From Eutreptiella sp. 'Long Island Sound 2002' (taxonomy: Eukaryota; Protista; Euglenida): 64,000 bases of DNA. The notes beneath the pieces were generated by a model. The model was given only the letters and a program-made list of their open reading frames with translations. It searched no databases and was not told the origin of the DNA. The stretch spans positions 155,124,001 through 155,188,000 of the forward strand of contig OZ038378.1 of the NCBI GenBank assembly GCA_964036045.1, in the 5' to 3' direction. Positions 50,201 through 57,168 of the stretch are shown piece by piece (within the stretch, counting starts at the first letter, position 1; each line of letters begins with the position of its first letter). The translations under genes were made by a program, and so were the position numbers.

Positions 50201-51551
50201 CCTAGAATGGCCCCCATGCGGTGATATGCACTCCAAACGTCGCGAATGGCCCATAAATGCCCCTGGGGGCCAGCCAGGGCCCTTCCCAAAAAACTAAAAA
50301 GACAGGCCTGCAATAACATCACCAACAACAACGCCATGCACTGACGAATACCTGTTGAAGCCTCTCATCGCTGGCCTGCACTTGTTCAGTCAGTTGCCGC
50401 ACACTGTCACGCAATGCGTCCCTTTCCGCGGCCAACTGCTCCGTCGACTCCTGAGCGGTAACGAAATGGTACAGAACAGCGAGCAAACTGCACACCAACA
50501 CAGCCATGTCAATGGCCATACCCAACACGCCAGGCAGACTTCGGCATGACCTGCGTTGTCCGCGTGATTTGAAACAGGCTTACTTCGCCCAATCCGCCAA
50601 CACCCCAATCACGATGGAATGTCCTTCCCGAAGCAAAGCCCTATCTTTTGAGAGCGGGGTGGATGTACGGACTGGAGGAGACCACATCCCCCGTGCCTGT
50701 GGTCACCCCCCACACGCCTCGCACCCCCATGTATTGAATGATGGCGTACAGCAAGCTCCTCCTTCTGCGCCATGCGTATGTGGAGTCTCTACCTGACCAG
50801 GCACCTGGGCAAAGGCTTTCCCAAGTAGTTCCCGAATGTCAACCAACAATGTGCAAGAGTTCTGTGCCCAAGTACACTAGTTTCGGAAGCTCTTGGTGGA
50901 TGGCATTGTTGGACACAGCAACTCTTTTGGGCATTCCGTCCCTCCTGTGCTTGTGCCCGCACTGATGCATTCCGACCGGACAGAACCTTCGGTCGGGGGC
51001 GGGGGATGCATGCCACTTCTCAACCTGCCATCAGAATACCCCCTTGCGATCCACAAACCACCCCCTCAACAACCCTCTAATGATGTCAACGCACCGCAGG
51101 GTCTCACGCACTCCGCCGGGAAATACAACGTCGTTGAAACAAGAGCGTCCACATAGTGCACTGCATGCAGAACGATAAACCATATTTCGATGCTGTTGCT
51201 TTCCCCTCTGCAGCTGCACGTCCCACACACCTCCACAGGCTGCAGCATCGCCGGTCCACCCTCTCCCTTGTCACGCAGCTCTGCCGCCTCCTCCAGCTCC
51301 TCAATCCTTGACTGCAACGTCTCCACTTGCTCACGCAGTCTCTCCGCCTCCTGCTCCACGTCTGCTTCGCCCTCTTTGTCATCTGCAAAGAAATCCTTCG
51401 CCTCCGCCTTCTCCTTCAGATCCCGGATCTCGTCGCGCAGGCCTTGCACTAGGGCTTCGCTCTCGGTCTTCATCTCCTCCATGGCAACCGTCAATCTGTC
51501 CACCTCCGTCTGCACCTGCGCTGCAGCCAAATCATCGGCACCTTGCGCCCC
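1909..51551 (-). CDS. Giant multi-exon coiled-coil protein gene (partial; 47 predicted phase-0 exons, about 2,940 aa)
   Basis: E/Q/K/L/A-rich heptad segments on the minus strand, each bounded by AG| and |GT, with every length a multiple of 3 and no internal stop. There are 13 unique exons (780 aa) plus 34 array exons (2,164 aa). No start or stop exon was found in the window. Confidence 0.8.
2774..3183. mobile_element. MITE-like element with about 50-bp G-run TIRs
   Basis: gggcgg..aattgctttgcg(g)n atggcacgg matches the reverse complement of ccgtgccat(c)n gcgcagagcaatgtttgggccgccc. Confidence 0.65.
3418..9327. repeat. 21-bp satellite (ATAGGTACCTAT GCCCAAACG)n, about 280 copies, intronic
   Basis: Continuous 21-bp period read directly; each unit contains the 12-bp palindrome ATAGGTACCTAT. 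Confidence 0.98.
9791..10211. mobile_element. MITE with TIRs, TTGGAT target-site duplication and subterminal (ACAATTATGC)n repeats
   Basis: ttggat at 9785-9790 and 10212-10217; TIR (g)n att(tt)atgcacg / cgtgcataat(c)n; 10-bp repeats near both ends. Confidence 0.75.
10561..10863 (-). CDS. Coiled-coil gene exon (101 aa, NSVAPEPQ...ELCRELEELKGTLLQKAQAFDQLVQENQQLKEQ...SDTQ)
   Basis: tcgcag|AAC...CAG|gtccgt; 303 bp. Confidence 0.85.
11004..11158. repeat. 78-bp tandem duplication
   Basis: gtggaaatggggggatgggg...gacagacacaaaat at 11004 and 11082. Confidence 0.9.
11385..11783 (-). CDS. Coiled-coil gene exon (133 aa, ADADELTRVKEQLQ...DSDSDSD...NELPE)
   Basis: ttgcag|GCG...GAG|gtcctg; 399 bp; contains a (GACTCC)n Asp-Ser tract. 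Confidence 0.85.
12518..12634 (-). CDS. Coiled-coil gene exon (39 aa, ISMQKEAVSISSERQLLQ...RRVEELL)
   Basis: gtacag|ATA...CTG|gtatgg; 117 bp. Confidence 0.8.
12834..12985. repeat. 42-bp (21-bp based) minisatellite
   Basis: ggatgcttgctgcaaatacgtggatgattcctggtacttcct at 12834 and 12876; partial at 12918; degenerate subunits beyond. Confidence 0.85.
14269..14669. mobile_element. Foldback MITE with long G-run TIRs
   Basis: cgggttttcgtttct(g)n atagagccc versus gggctctattga(c)n ggaaatgaaaacccg; inner pair aaaagggctcaattgacagg / cctgtcaattgagccctttt. Confidence 0.75.
14718..14810 (-). CDS. Coiled-coil gene exon (31 aa, EASRADQQEAAREKQNCAQARHQLDDLQRRM)
   Basis: tctcag|GAG...ATG|gtatgc; 93 bp. Confidence 0.8.
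15242..15806. repeat. 195-bp satellite, left block (about 2.9 units)
   Basis: gtgtttttatggcaaaaatgacc recurs at 15251, 15446 and 15641. Confidence 0.95.
15807..17820 (-). pseudogene. Reverse transcriptase ORF, truncated just after the first RT motifs; frame overlaps all of YR
   Basis: The 683-codon open frame ends APIFLIPKSSEKCSFIVNCRRGN, matching the SPxFxVPK...RxIxDxRxxN start of RT domains, then runs directly into satellite DNA. Confidence 0.6.
16445..17683 (-). CDS. Tyrosine recombinase (DIRS-group integrase)
   Basis: Catalytic R in LRVGE, H-x-x-R in HAWRR, W in ARWRS and Y in VARRY, with correct order and spacing. Same frame as gag, after a single TGA. Confidence 0.92.
   Translation of the reverse strand: MVRADAASFTDWHIKYLRFQEDAEEGGWQGFMLESWAVSTRECYERHIRAMRGAHEESPDQTPTEILREYLISMYRQHKTSSSMRQAISACRLLEELEVAPAFVPRSFWRFIRAKDKVSKARRQRWASLGTLEVMARQATTEEEMLCVCIATLSLAFCLRVGEAASIRPKDLDQQNGYVTFYDSKTRRAWVSRPASEYVRRVMGLARLLAMRRGRDVAGPLIKGGAARLQHIMANLLVGSEHADMRWHAWRRAGATLLVRSGATILEVMSWARWRSVKVARRYMATWEDLPWEDARLPQPTHVPGTAVWFFKVEDTRATNLWPKSIGALDHGDGWSSESEAEKTRSALREEITAKPVQRPEQPKRDKAGAESTARKPVKKRRVVVAKTVTASELAARARKCAVWAGAGVVVR
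17735..18886 (-). CDS. gag: Gag-like protein with C-terminal CCHC knuckle
   Basis: C-x2-C-x3-H-x4-C (CDICGGRHWEWNC) just before the stop, a basic Ser-rich linker and a helical N-terminal part. First in-frame ATG is at 18730. Confidence 0.75.
   Translation of the reverse strand: MLLFYLPDALASFELFECLLASTDVESLIEFEADCDISNDQLARAVHQHNQKMGDNGGPSSTARTTKRPAESEPDAAALCAFAEHAFGLWRSRVPGEVLGRKVAALTMRMTAHGYNAPQLAGQMKEELQLSIDLGDVMDLVVAWEDVNGVEYDPGQKRFKQAQTAAAAATSGLKVKQESTEWLEMKTRMESLERELAQAQAAKEPSSRRVPWGERPLTEETIDAFLCEEEGVTEWMQEALDLVKMAISDLGEDSVSAVPAVDLWRLVTRCQHKYTKKYKRARYGGGEKGRSKEKSGRRKSSPKGKGKKHKKARRRSHTSTSGSSGGSSSGPEYFWRGKHKFIVRNGVEFYVASNGREWRSDRPPPGDCDICGGRHWEWNCRRK
18986..19785. repeat. 195-bp satellite, right block (about 4.1 units, the last diverged)
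   Basis: Same unit resumes at 18986 and recurs at 19180, 19375 and 19570. Confidence 0.95.
20074..20211 (-). CDS. Coiled-coil gene exon (46 aa, VEALEQANADLQAKE...EKYQAELR)
   Basis: tgccag|GTT...AGG|gtgtgc; 138 bp. Confidence 0.8.
21065..21190 (-). CDS. Coiled-coil gene exon (42 aa, DAELQEQLVKLKNDLRQ...EMLQQQ)
   Basis: ggccag|GAC...CAG|gtgttg; 126 bp. Confidence 0.8.
21616..21893. mobile_element. Tc1/mariner-type MITE (TA TSD)
   Basis: ta|ttgtacttcactgacacaagtc ... gacttgtgtcagtgacattacag|ta; 15-bp perfect core TIR. Confidence 0.65.
22166..22294 (-). CDS. Coiled-coil gene exon (43 aa, VFRSTVVKVKVKAQAAIQRLRGELSEAE...SPEQ)
   Basis: ctgcag|GTC...CAG|gtacgt; 129 bp. Confidence 0.8.
23219..23254 (-). 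CDS. Coiled-coil gene micro-exon (12 aa, EEQTAAKEQLDQ)
   Basis: ccacag|GAG...CAG|gtattg; 36 bp. Confidence 0.65.
23364..23450. repeat. 11-bp minisatellite (CACACTACCCT)n, about 8 copies
   Basis: Read directly. Confidence 0.95.
23856..23978 (-). CDS. Coiled-coil gene exon (41 aa, VKTKAKAVIQKLRNELNASE...RAE)
   Basis: gcacag|GTC...GAG|gtttgt; 123 bp. Confidence 0.8.
25092..25181 (-). CDS. Coiled-coil gene exon (30 aa, EAMRGSSPVSASSNWSTAEEGHGLQEQLDE)
   Basis: gtttag|GAA...GAG|gtatgt; 90 bp; not in the ORF track. Confidence 0.65.
25394..25630 (-). CDS. Coiled-coil gene exon (79 aa, EANQSAVE...AFDNLAQENQQLTEQ...LLETQ)
   Basis: ttgcag|GAA...CAG|gtctgg; 237 bp. Confidence 0.8.
26409..26597. mobile_element. 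Small MITE-like element
   Basis: (c)n atgtctagtgaa ... ttcgttagacac(g)n inverted termini; internal direct repeat gtccRaac..gagtgttcRttggaca. Confidence 0.55.
27183..27415. repeat. Diverged direct repeat (about 65-bp core, about 168 bp apart)
   Basis: ggcttccaagaagggcaagctggctgagggcac...ggggtcacagg versus ggcttctaggaaggacaagctggccgagggcac...ggggtcacagg. Confidence 0.7.
29181..29408 (-). CDS. Coiled-coil gene exon (76 aa, GPEFGSDP...ALCRELEELKGAFDQLVQENQQLKEQ...SNTQ)
   Basis: ttttag|GGA...CAG|gtctgt; 228 bp; paralogous to exon 10561-10863. Confidence 0.8.
30351..30674 (-). CDS. Array exon A (108 aa, GAQGADDLAAAQAQTEVDRL...MLQPVE); leftmost of 12 copies
   Basis: catcag|GGG...GAG|gtgtgt. Other copies: 32250-32573, 34149-34472, 36048-36371, 37946-38269, 39844-40167, 41742-42065, 43640-43963, 45537-45860, 47435-47758, 49333-49656, 51231-51551 (the last has a 3-bp deletion). 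Confidence 0.85.
30933..31070 (-). CDS. Array exon B (46 aa, VKDKAKGAVMKLKEDL...VQEQ); leftmost of 11 copies
   Basis: tctcag|GTG...CAG|gtattt. Other copies: 32832-32969, 34731-34868, 36630-36767, 38528-38665, 40426-40563, 42324-42461, 44222-44359, 46119-46256, 48017-48154, 49915-50052. Confidence 0.85.
31371..31469 (-). CDS. Array exon C (33 aa, ESTEQLAAERDALRDSVRQLTEQVQASDERLQQ); leftmost of 11 copies
   Basis: gctcag|GAG...CAG|gtattc. Other copies: 33270-33368, 35169-35267, 37067-37165, 38965-39063, 40863-40961, 42761-42859, 44659-44757, 46556-46654, 48454-48552, 50352-50450. Confidence 0.85.
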
Positions 51552-51639
51552 CTGATGGACAAATCGGTGGAGTGCACACAAGGAACTGACTTGAAACCCG
51601 CACGGGTGTGGAGACTGGATGTCCCTTACACCCCAGACC

Positions 51640-51760
51640 AGAGCGCTCCGCCGAGGCTGGATGTCGGCACCACATTTTTGGGGAGTGCGATCCGCCTAGG
51701 ATGCAGGTAGGCACCACATTATTTGGGAGGGAGCTCCGCCTACGCTGGATGTACGCACCA
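51640..51760. repeat. About 45-bp minisatellite family (ctaggctggaYgtaggcaccacatttttgggagtg), abutting the array end
   Basis: About 3 degenerate units; same family at 59065-59310. Confidence 0.7.
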
Positions 51761-52075
51761 GGGGGGGGGGGGGATTCTCGGAAATCGGATATCATGCTTA
51801 AAACCCCCCCAGAGCCAAATTTAAAAAAGGGGGGGGTTTAAGGGGGTTTTTCGCTGCGCGGGGGTATTGTCCGCGGAAGCGGCCCCCCGGCCTCCCAAAC
51901 CCCCCCGCCCAATGAAGAACATAGTGTCGGGCACCTCCGAACAGTTGGGTATGCGGCCCAGGTGTGATCCGACAATTCGCACCGCACCTACCAACGTCTA
52001 TGGTAGGGTTTCATCGGCTTGGGTATTTCCGGCCGTGGGTACTAGAAACCTCGGGACTGTGGGTCTCCGAGGCCG

Positions 52076-52190
52076 TCATGGGGTTCGAAGTACACCATGG
52101 GGTTAGAATTGCAGCATGGGGGTTGACCCGCATCAAGGGCCGTCATGGGGTTCGGAGTGCATCATGGGGTTCGAAATACACCATGGGGTG
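52076..52190. repeat. About 20-bp minisatellite (CATGGGGTT...)n
   Basis: catggggtt core recurs about 6 times. Confidence 0.75.
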
Positions 52191-52405
52191 GGAAATGCGT
52201 CAAGGGGAGGGCATAAAAGAAGGGGTATGTGTGTGTGACTATACTGGTCGGCCGACGCAAATCGGGAGGCCCTTAAGGCTATGGCTGGCCAGGCCTCCCT
52301 CCCCGCGCCATTGTGTGGGCCTTCCAGTCCTAGTGTGCATGCTACTACAAGGGAAGGAGAGGGAGAGCGAGGAGGTGTAGGGGGTGGGGGAGGTATCCGT
52401 TTGTG

Positions 52406-52432
52406 ACGTGTGTGTGTGTGTGTGTGTGTGTG
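52406..52432. repeat. (GT)n microsatellite
   Basis: Read directly. Confidence 0.9.
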
Positions 52433-52445
52433 CATGTAGCTCCGT

Positions 52446-53588
52446 CTACTTCTTCCTCTTGACCTCTTCACCGTGCAACGCTTCTTCGCATTTTGCTTGG
52501 TAGCGGTGATGGGCCGCTTTGTGCCCTTGCCAGGAACAGCTTTCTTTTGCGGGAGAACCTCCACCGGAAGAAGAGGTGGAAGAGGAAGAAGATGAAGAAG
52601 AAGAGGAGCTATTGCCATCCTCGGAAGTTGCGGAACTCTCGTTACCGCTGGACGAATCGTTATCTGCGGAAGACCTAGATTCCACAGAGCTTGCATCCTC
52701 CTCTGGTTTCCAGTCCCAATCGGAGCGTCCAAGAGAGGCTTCAGAGAAGGACGCACTCTCGTTGTCCACCGCCTTTGCCACTTTCAAAGTCATCTTGGGC
52801 TTCATCACCATGGGGATTTTTTTGGCTCGCCCCTTTTTTTGCTCATCGTCCTGCCCGACTACAACCCATTCCGTCAAATCAACGGTGTTGGGTGGCACGG
52901 TTGGATGGCACCGAGCCAAGTGAGTTTTGATGTTCAAAACCCACGGGGTGGCACTGCACCCGGGAATAGGACATTCACGGGGCATGTTTTCTTGTTTGCG
53001 CATGGCCATTGCGAGCTGCAATGGGACCACACACGGGCATGTGCTACTGATTTTCTTGCCCACAATACTTGTGGTACATGTGCCTGTTGTGTGTCCACAA
53101 AAACCACAAGGTTCGGCCTCACCATGCATCCTTGGGTCCGTTACCACCTTTCCTTTCTGCAAGTGCACTGCCACATGATGACGCATCCTTGCCAAAGGAA
53201 TGGCCGCTCCACAAAACAAACAAAATTCTGTTGCTTCCGCGGGCCGCACGCTAGTATGTGCCACACCAGCGTATGTCTCTGCACGCAATTGAGGACAATT
53301 GGGTACCTTTGCAGTTTTCACAAAGGCAGACAGGGTGCCCACTGGAATCAGCCAATGACCATCGGCATCCATTTGGGCATCCAAAAAAACCACATGCCCA
53401 TTCCGAAACTCACATTCCGGACCAAACCGCCCCGTCCACCGCAACAAGGTTGGATCACTGGTCATGGCGACAAAAGGCAAAAATTGACCCGTTACGGGGC
53501 CGGCATGTCCCGTCGCAAGCGCCTCCTTCGTGGTACCATAAACCCGTGCACCGTCAAGGGTGCACCATGAAAAACTAAATGTGCCCAA
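52446..53588 (-). CDS. Multi-zinc-finger protein with Ser/acidic tail (possibly transposon-associated; probable frameshift near the C-terminus)
   Basis: 380-codon ORF with C2H2 CLFC..MRHHVAVH, a PCGFCG..C..CP cluster and C2H2 CPIPGC..WVLNIKTHLARCH. A more natural basic C-terminus (KKAVPGKGTKRPIT...) continues in another frame from about 52555. Confidence 0.6.
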   Translation of the reverse strand: MGTFSFSWCTLDGARVYGTTKEALATGHAGPVTGQFLPFVAMTSDPTLLRWTGRFGPECEFRNGHVVFLDAQMDADGHWLIPVGTLSAFVKTAKVPNCPQLRAETYAGVAHTSVRPAEATEFCLFCGAAIPLARMRHHVAVHLQKGKVVTDPRMHGEAEPCGFCGHTTGTCTTSIVGKKISSTCPCVVPLQLAMAMRKQENMPRECPIPGCSATPWVLNIKTHLARCHPTVPPNTVDLTEWVVVGQDDEQKKGRAKKIPMVMKPKMTLKVAKAVDNESASFSEASLGRSDWDWKPEEDASSVESRSSADNDSSSGNESSATSEDGNSSSSSSSSSSSTSSSGGGSPAKESCSWQGHKAAHHRYQAKCEEALHGEEVKRKK

Positions 53589-54074
53589 ATGAGTTTTGCA
53601 TGCACTGCGGAATAGTATGGCTTGTTGTCCACCAGAGGATGCAAGCGATGTCTTTCATCGGGAGGCTCGCAATCGCTGTACAGCTACTTTGGTTATGTGG
53701 TCGGTATGTAGGCACGGTCCATAAATGGCGTTGCCAAGTGTGAAACTCAACCAGAATTTCCTCACAAGTCTGTTGACGGCGGGTGCCCCTAAGGGCTGCA
53801 GCTCTTGTGGAGGCATGATGGTGAAGAATGGTAGCGATTGCATTTTGTTGGTGACGCTATTTAGTACTAACACTGATCCTACATGTGAAGCGACATGTGG
53901 ATCTTCAAGATAGTTCCTTCACAAGTAGGTGAGAATAGGGTGGCTCTGTATGCCCCTAAGGGCTGAGATTATGTGGGCACGTGATGGTGAGATGTAGTTT
54001 GACATTGCAATTGTTGATTGTATACACGAGGTTACTTGCAAGTGAGTCAAAGGGTGTTGTCTCGAGTTCAATTG

Positions 54075-54340
54075 TTTTCGTAGAATGACGGTAAGAAAAG
54101 CTGTTGATTGGAAGTATTGATTGCATAGGAGAAGTGGCAACGTGATGTGAAAACCAAATGTTTCACAAGTACGTGAGCATTGATTGGGTGTGGGCATCCG
54201 TCTTTGGGAGTTCAATCCTTTTCGAAGAATGACGGTAAGGGAAGCTGTTGATTGGAAGTATTGATTGCATACGAGAAGTGGCAAGGTGACTTGAAACGCA
54301 AATGTTTCACAAGTACGTGAGTATTCGTTGGGTGTGGGTG
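54075..54340. repeat. 144-bp tandem duplication (about 2 copies)
   Basis: gaatgacggtaag..gctgttgattggaagtattgattgcata..agaagtggcaa...tttcacaagtacgtgag occurs twice; seen as a 48-aa repeat in ORF 53919-54428. Confidence 0.8.
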
Positions 54341-55347
54341 CCCCTAAGGGCTCAAGTGGCATGGACATATGATGATCCGAAATGCTAGCGATTGCGGGTA
54401 CGCACTGTACATACAAAGATGTTTGCAATCACGTCAATGTTTATTGGTTATGAATGCCCCTTTGGGCTAGTGTGCTTTGGGAGATTGATTGTAAGAAAAG
54501 GTATTTGTTGAAAATATTGATTTTATATGCGCACTTGCAATGTTACAATAAGGCAAAGGAGGTTTGGGGTCTGATACGTTGTGTGCGGTCGCTGATCGAG
54601 GAGGTTGTTTTGTGACTTAGGGCGAGGAAATATCAGGATGCATCGGCTCATTTCGTCATTTGTTGTTGAATGCATTTATTGCTGTCATCTGGGTTCAATA
54701 CACACAAAGTTTCATGCGATACAAGGTCTGATTGATGGAGAAGGATACATGTAGAGTAAAGGTTGTGAGATGCAATTGGTTTTGTTGAGTGTTGGCAATG
54801 ATGCTGATGTTAGATTTATTGCAATAGGACGGAACACAGTAGTGCAGGACACCGGAATAATGAAAAGTGGTATGTGGAAAACAGGTGCAATACCCATGCG
54901 AAGAATGATCATATTTTGACCGTGTAATGCTTCGTGGCAATGATTGACATTGATGATCAATATTGCTTCCACATACGTGCATGGAAGTTGACGAAATTCA
55001 AAGTGACATGCAATTGGATCATTGATGGACACAACCTTGACAAGTTGGAACGATATATTGAATATTTTTTTTCTTCCTATGTGTATGTCACAACTTGTTT
55101 CTATTGTTAAGTTGTACCGGGCTATGTATAGCATGCATCAAGGGCATTGTTTACTTAGCAGATTTAGTGGTTTTTGGCAATTGTGTAGTCAAGTCAAACT
55201 GGTAATGGTCAATGGGATGATGGGTGTTGCATTCGATTTGTAACTTTCAATACAATAGTGACGGAAGTCCATTGTTGTGGGTGTAGGTGCCATGGTATGC
55301 TATTGTGTTGTTATTAGGTTATTAATTAAGGTTGGTAATTTCGCGTC

Positions 55348-57168
55348 ATGTCATCGTCCGGCACACCTACTAGACAAGCAACTAGCAACATTGCGCAACA
55401 GATCGAAAGAGCAAAGAATAAGAGGGAGGTGACGGCTCAGGAGTTGAAAGATGGGTATTGTGGTATTGGACCGATGACAGTGATCCCGGTGCATATCTCT
55501 GTCAAGAAGGAGCTAGTCCAGTTTGGCCCCGCGCGAGTTACTGTGAAGCCACCGGATGCAAAGAAAATGAAGTATGTGATGTTTGCGCCACTTGTGAACT
55601 TGCATGGTATTAGAAGGAAATTGTTGTGGGGCTAATGTTTGTACCGATGCGATGTGTAATTATTGGCCGATATAATAGCAGTCATGCGGTGCAGCTCAAT
55701 GTGGCTTTGCTTGTGTATGTGGAAGATTGTAGACGATGGTAGAGTGTTCAATATCCTTATTTGCTTGTAGGTTCGGACCGTTAAAGGAGCCAAAGGCAAA
55801 GGAGTTCGCATCCATGATCTTCTTGGGGGATACCCGCGGCGAGGGCATTACAATGCCACTTGAGATGGCGACTGTTGGTGAGTTGTCGGTGTTCACGCAA
55901 GGAGCGGGGGTTGTGGTTCGAGAAGCCAACTTGCCTCTTGGACCGCTAGATGCCGCCGAAGTTCGCAATCTGCTTAATGCATTTGGTGTGCTGCATGCCC
56001 GTCTGTTGCAGAAGGTATAGAGGTTTGCATGATGCTCTCCACCACCTTATCTTGCCATCTTTCCTTGTCCACCTAGCTCGGCTCAGCCCCACCCAACTTG
56101 CTACACTATGCACTAGCCCGTCCTGTGTTTTGTCCAGCTTCGCCATTTTGCATGATGCCGCTCGCGAAGAAAGGAAATGACGAGTGGTTGGGATGTCTAA
56201 GCATGGTGTTTAAGTCCTCGTTTGGCAGTGTGGCCGTTCCTGCCTGGTGCCTGATGCCTGATGCACAAATGGTCTCCTCTGCGTTCGACGAAGGAGCAGC
56301 CCTGCCAACAGAGCACGTTCATATTGTGAAGGACAAAGAAACGTTGCAGAGGTATTTCGTTGACGTTGGAGTGCAAATGGAAACGACTTTTCTTGCGCCA
56401 AACCCGCAGATCGACATGTTGTATCCATTGTTTATGCGGGGATGGACTGTTGTTGAGGCGGCCGATTACACCACGATAAAGGTTCAACCTTGCTGCACTT
56501 CTTGGTTGTGTTTGGGTTTGGAGAAGTTCCGCAATATGAACCAAGCGTGGCCGCGAGGATGCGGTGCTACAATGCAGTCATCGTGGTCGATTAGGTTTAC
56601 GATGGCATGGGAGGACGCGGCTAGAGGAGAGTTGGATGAAATCTTTGAAGGTCATTACTACACTAAGAGGCTATTGGGATTCAATCGCAAAGAACGAGGA
56701 TCATATACGCTTGCGTCCAATGAGGAGTGTACCTGGCTACATAGCCTTAGAAGAATCGAAAGATCTGGATTGTGGATTGGTGGTGTCCGCATACCGACAA
56801 AGCTACGGCAATTCATGTGGTTCGTTTTGGAGTCTGAGATGGGTCCGATGACTTTGGTGGTGCCCCGGTCGGGGGTCATGAAGGCGATCAAGAGCCACTC
56901 GGTGGCGCCGGGTGTGGCACCTCGGGAGCATCGCCGCAACCTGGAGCTAAAGACATTGCAGGAGGCAAAGGAGGCAAAGGAGGGAAAGCAGGGCAAGCGG
57001 AACCCGTTGCGGGGGATAAAGAACGGAAAGGAGGACATGCAAGTCCGAAACCCACGTCTACAGCGACAAGCGGTACCCCATAGGCGTCTACCACTCGTGG
57101 TGATCCAGTTGCCAAAGGAACTGAGTAGATTGTGGCAACATGGTGGTGCTGATCATGGGCCCGAATGA
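55348..57168 (+). CDS. Predicted 3-exon gene of unknown function (55348-55571, 55771-56014, 56077-57168; about 520 aa)
   Basis: AA|gtatgt...ttgtag|G (phase 2) and AAG|gtatag...acctag|CTC (phase 0) join three ORF-track segments into one stop-free frame. Confidence 0.6.

Larger units (their letters stand above)
30281..51639. repeat. Tandem array of about 1,898-bp units (11.25 copies) carrying exons A, B and C
   Basis: Near-identical ORFs recur at offsets of 1897-1899 bp. Similarity starts near tgcatg..aacgataaa (about 30281) and stops at ccccagacc (51639). Confidence 0.98.

Noticed and set aside
1909-51551. Euglenid non-conventional introns
   Set aside because: Every junction I could place is canonical GT-AG, so there is no need to invoke non-canonical borders.
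30175-51555. Ser-rich plus-strand ORFs (MLLLSPLQLH..., METGCPLHP...)
   Set aside because: They are antisense shadows of the Glu/Ala-rich exons.
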